From the NCBI GenBank assembly GCA_010909165.1, contig VJWM01000296.1:1-64000 (forward strand): DNA of 64,000 nucleotides, written 5' to 3'. Origin of the DNA: Anthoceros angustus (Eukaryota > Plantae > Anthocerotophyta). Positions 61,946-64,000 of the stretch are shown here, in pieces. Each line of letters starts with the position of its first letter. Within the stretch, counting starts at the first letter, position 1. The position numbers were made by a program, and so were the translations under genes. The notes under the pieces are model-generated. The model made no database searches and was not told where the DNA came from. It was given only the letters and a program-made list of their open reading frames with translations.

Positions 61946-62950
61946 ATGGCGCTCTCCAGGCTCCTCGCACCTCCGCTCGACGGCGCCTGGATCGGCTGTG
62001 CATCCGCCGCTTCCTCCATCTCCTTCCTGTCCCCGGCTGCTACCAGATCCCGCTCCTGGCGATGGAGGCGGGATTTCGCGGCCGAGCGAGAGAATGTGCG
62101 CCGTCTTTTGACGTGTCCGTCGTCACTGTGGGGGGAGCCGGTGTGTAATAAGCAGGGGAAGCGGGTAGCCATGTCCGTTTCATCGGCAGCGGTGGTGGCA
62201 CCGGCTGTGGCGGCTGTGAGCATGCAGTCGGCGCTGATGAACGATCTGCTGGCGTGCGCGGCCACTACAGCCGGGGCGCTGGCGCTGCTCAAGCTCTTCG
62301 ACGAGCTGGCGCAGAGGAATGCGCTGGAGAAGAAGCTGAGCCGGAAGCTGGTGCACGTCACCATCGGCCTCACTTTCATGCTCTTCTGGCCGCTCTTCAG
62401 CAGCAGCGCGCTGTGCCCGGTGCTGGCGGCGTTGGCGCCGGCGGGGAACGCCGTGCGGATGCTGCTGCTGGGTCACGGGATCTGGAAGGACGAGGCCCTG
62501 GTGAAGGCGATGAGCAGGGAGGGGGACCACAGGGAGCTGCTCAGAGGGCCTCTGTATTACGCCATCACCATAAGCATGGTCACTATACTCTTCTGGCGGA
62601 CCTCGCCTGTGGGGATCGTGGCTGTGGTGAATTTGTGCGCAGGAGACGGATTCGCTGACATAGTCGGCAGGCGGTTGGGATCCGGTGCCAGGTTGCCCTA
62701 CAACGCTAGTAAGTCGTACGCCGGTTCCGTAGCTATGTTCACCATGTCTAGTTTGGTGTCACTGCTCTACCTCTGGCTCTTTTCTTCCTTGGGCTACTTT
62801 CCGTTCACCCTGCAGCTGGGTTTGGGAGCTGTCGTGGTTGCACTCGCTGCGGCTCTGGTGGAATCGCTGCCTATCAGCACAACTTTGGACGACAATTTCA
62901 CGGTCCCTTTCTCCTCTATCTTGGCTGGCCTAGTGGTGTTCAACTTTTGA
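61946..62950 (+). CDS. Phytol/farnesol kinase family (VTE5/FOLK), single exon
   Basis: LSRKLVHVTIG, ELLRGPLYY, GDGFADIVGRR, KSYAGS and LDDNFTVP are polyprenol-kinase motifs, preceded by a transit-like N-terminus. Confidence 0.93.
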   Translation: MALSRLLAPPLDGAWIGCASAASSISFLSPAATRSRSWRWRRDFAAERENVRRLLTCPSSLWGEPVCNKQGKRVAMSVSSAAVVAPAVAAVSMQSALMNDLLACAATTAGALALLKLFDELAQRNALEKKLSRKLVHVTIGLTFMLFWPLFSSSALCPVLAALAPAGNAVRMLLLGHGIWKDEALVKAMSREGDHRELLRGPLYYAITISMVTILFWRTSPVGIVAVVNLCAGDGFADIVGRRLGSGARLPYNASKSYAGSVAMFTMSSLVSLLYLWLFSSLGYFPFTLQLGLGAVVVALAAALVESLPISTTLDDNFTVPFSSILAGLVVFNF

Positions 62951-63158
62951 TCCCGGAAGCCCAGTTTCCAAGACATTTTTGTCCAGACTCTGGACCTTGC
63001 TTGTACCTAAACATCACAGCCGCTCAAGCGGCCAGCAGATTCCACATACAGACTTGCCTTTAAGGGGTCCCTCCTTATTCGAGGGACACATTCCTATGCT
63101 CCACAAGTCATACCATGGAAGTTGAACCGCCCGGTGTTGCAGAGGGTGAGGCCTCGAC

Positions 63159-64000
63159 TCAAGCCACAAACGCGCTCTCTGCTAGATCAATAGCTCGCCC
63201 TAACCCAGCAGCTTTGTTGCGGCATTCTTCCATCTCAGAATCTGGGTCACTGTCCGCCACAATGCCTGCACCTGTTTGCAAATGCACGATCCACTCACGC
63301 CTGTTGTTGGCAGTCTTGTAGGAGTACATGGTATCATATCGGGCAAATGTGGGGAAAACCATGGTGCGCAGAGCTAACGCTATGTCCATATCCCCAGAAA
63401 ACGAAACGGCTCCAATGCCACCACTGTATGGCCCTCGCATGGTTGGCTCCAACTCATCGATGATTTGCATTGCTCTAACCTGCAACAGAAACACATGTTA
63501 GAATCGAGCTGAGAAAAGCAATCATTCTTCTTTCCAACTGGGTCCGTGGCTTGGACCTTGGGTGCTCCACTGACTGTGCCTACAGGTAGAGCAGCACGAA
63601 GTGCATCCCAGCAAGAGTAGTCGTCAGCCAAATCCCCCGTCACCTGAAAACAGACAAGGAAGTGAGTCTCGATACGCGCACAAGGACGAAAGCCCAGTAA
63701 TCTGCCATTCGTGTACACACGATACTCACTGTTGAGCTTATGTGCATCACATGGGAGTAACGCTCCACCTCCATCAGCTTTTCCACCTTCACAGTACCAG
63801 CCTTGGAGACCTGCATTAAGACAACCGTGCTGTCAAAGCACACACTTCCCCTCAGCGTTACTATCCCCATTTCAAGCTTGGCACCTGGGAAAAATACCTT
63901 TCCAACATCGTTTCTTCCCAAGTCAACCAGCATAACATGCTCTGCTCTCTCCTTCTCATCTGCCAATAACTCTCGTTCCAAAGCCAGGTCCTCTTCCAAT
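63159..64000 (-). CDS. ASA: Anthranilate synthase alpha subunit, 3' part (continues beyond the window)
   Basis: [59 protein letters not shown] and [10 protein letters not shown]. Confidence 0.97.

Overview
Eukaryotic nuclear DNA from a gene-dense land-plant genome with mostly short (about 60-200 nt) GT-AG introns. A ciliary central-pair gene (MYCBPAP/FAP147-like), PLS-class PPR genes and the compact layout point to a seed-free plant with flagellated sperm (hornwort- or lycophyte-like; this is inference). In order, the window holds a decayed Ty1/copia end abutting a germin pseudogene, then DnaJ, EF-hand/TMEM65, an AT-rich MYCBPAP-like gene, a KH-CCCH gene, a PPR pseudogene, hexa-ubiquitin and an intact PLS-E+ PPR. 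These are followed by NDUFA6, PRP3, proteasome beta7, ORMDL, a coiled-coil/DUF1838-like gene, YebC/TACO1, 6PGDH (one frameshift), a metallo-beta-lactamase, EHD1, the AGPase large subunit, IMP2, a phytol/farnesol kinase and the 3' part of anthranilate synthase alpha. The best finding is a tandemly duplicated pair of intact 93-nt exons in the AGPase large-subunit gene. Both encode the loop ending in WF(Q/L)GTADAV, and the layout fits mutually exclusive splicing of two regulatory variants. No rRNA, tRNA or CRISPR array was seen. All assignments come from motif recognition by eye; no searches were run.
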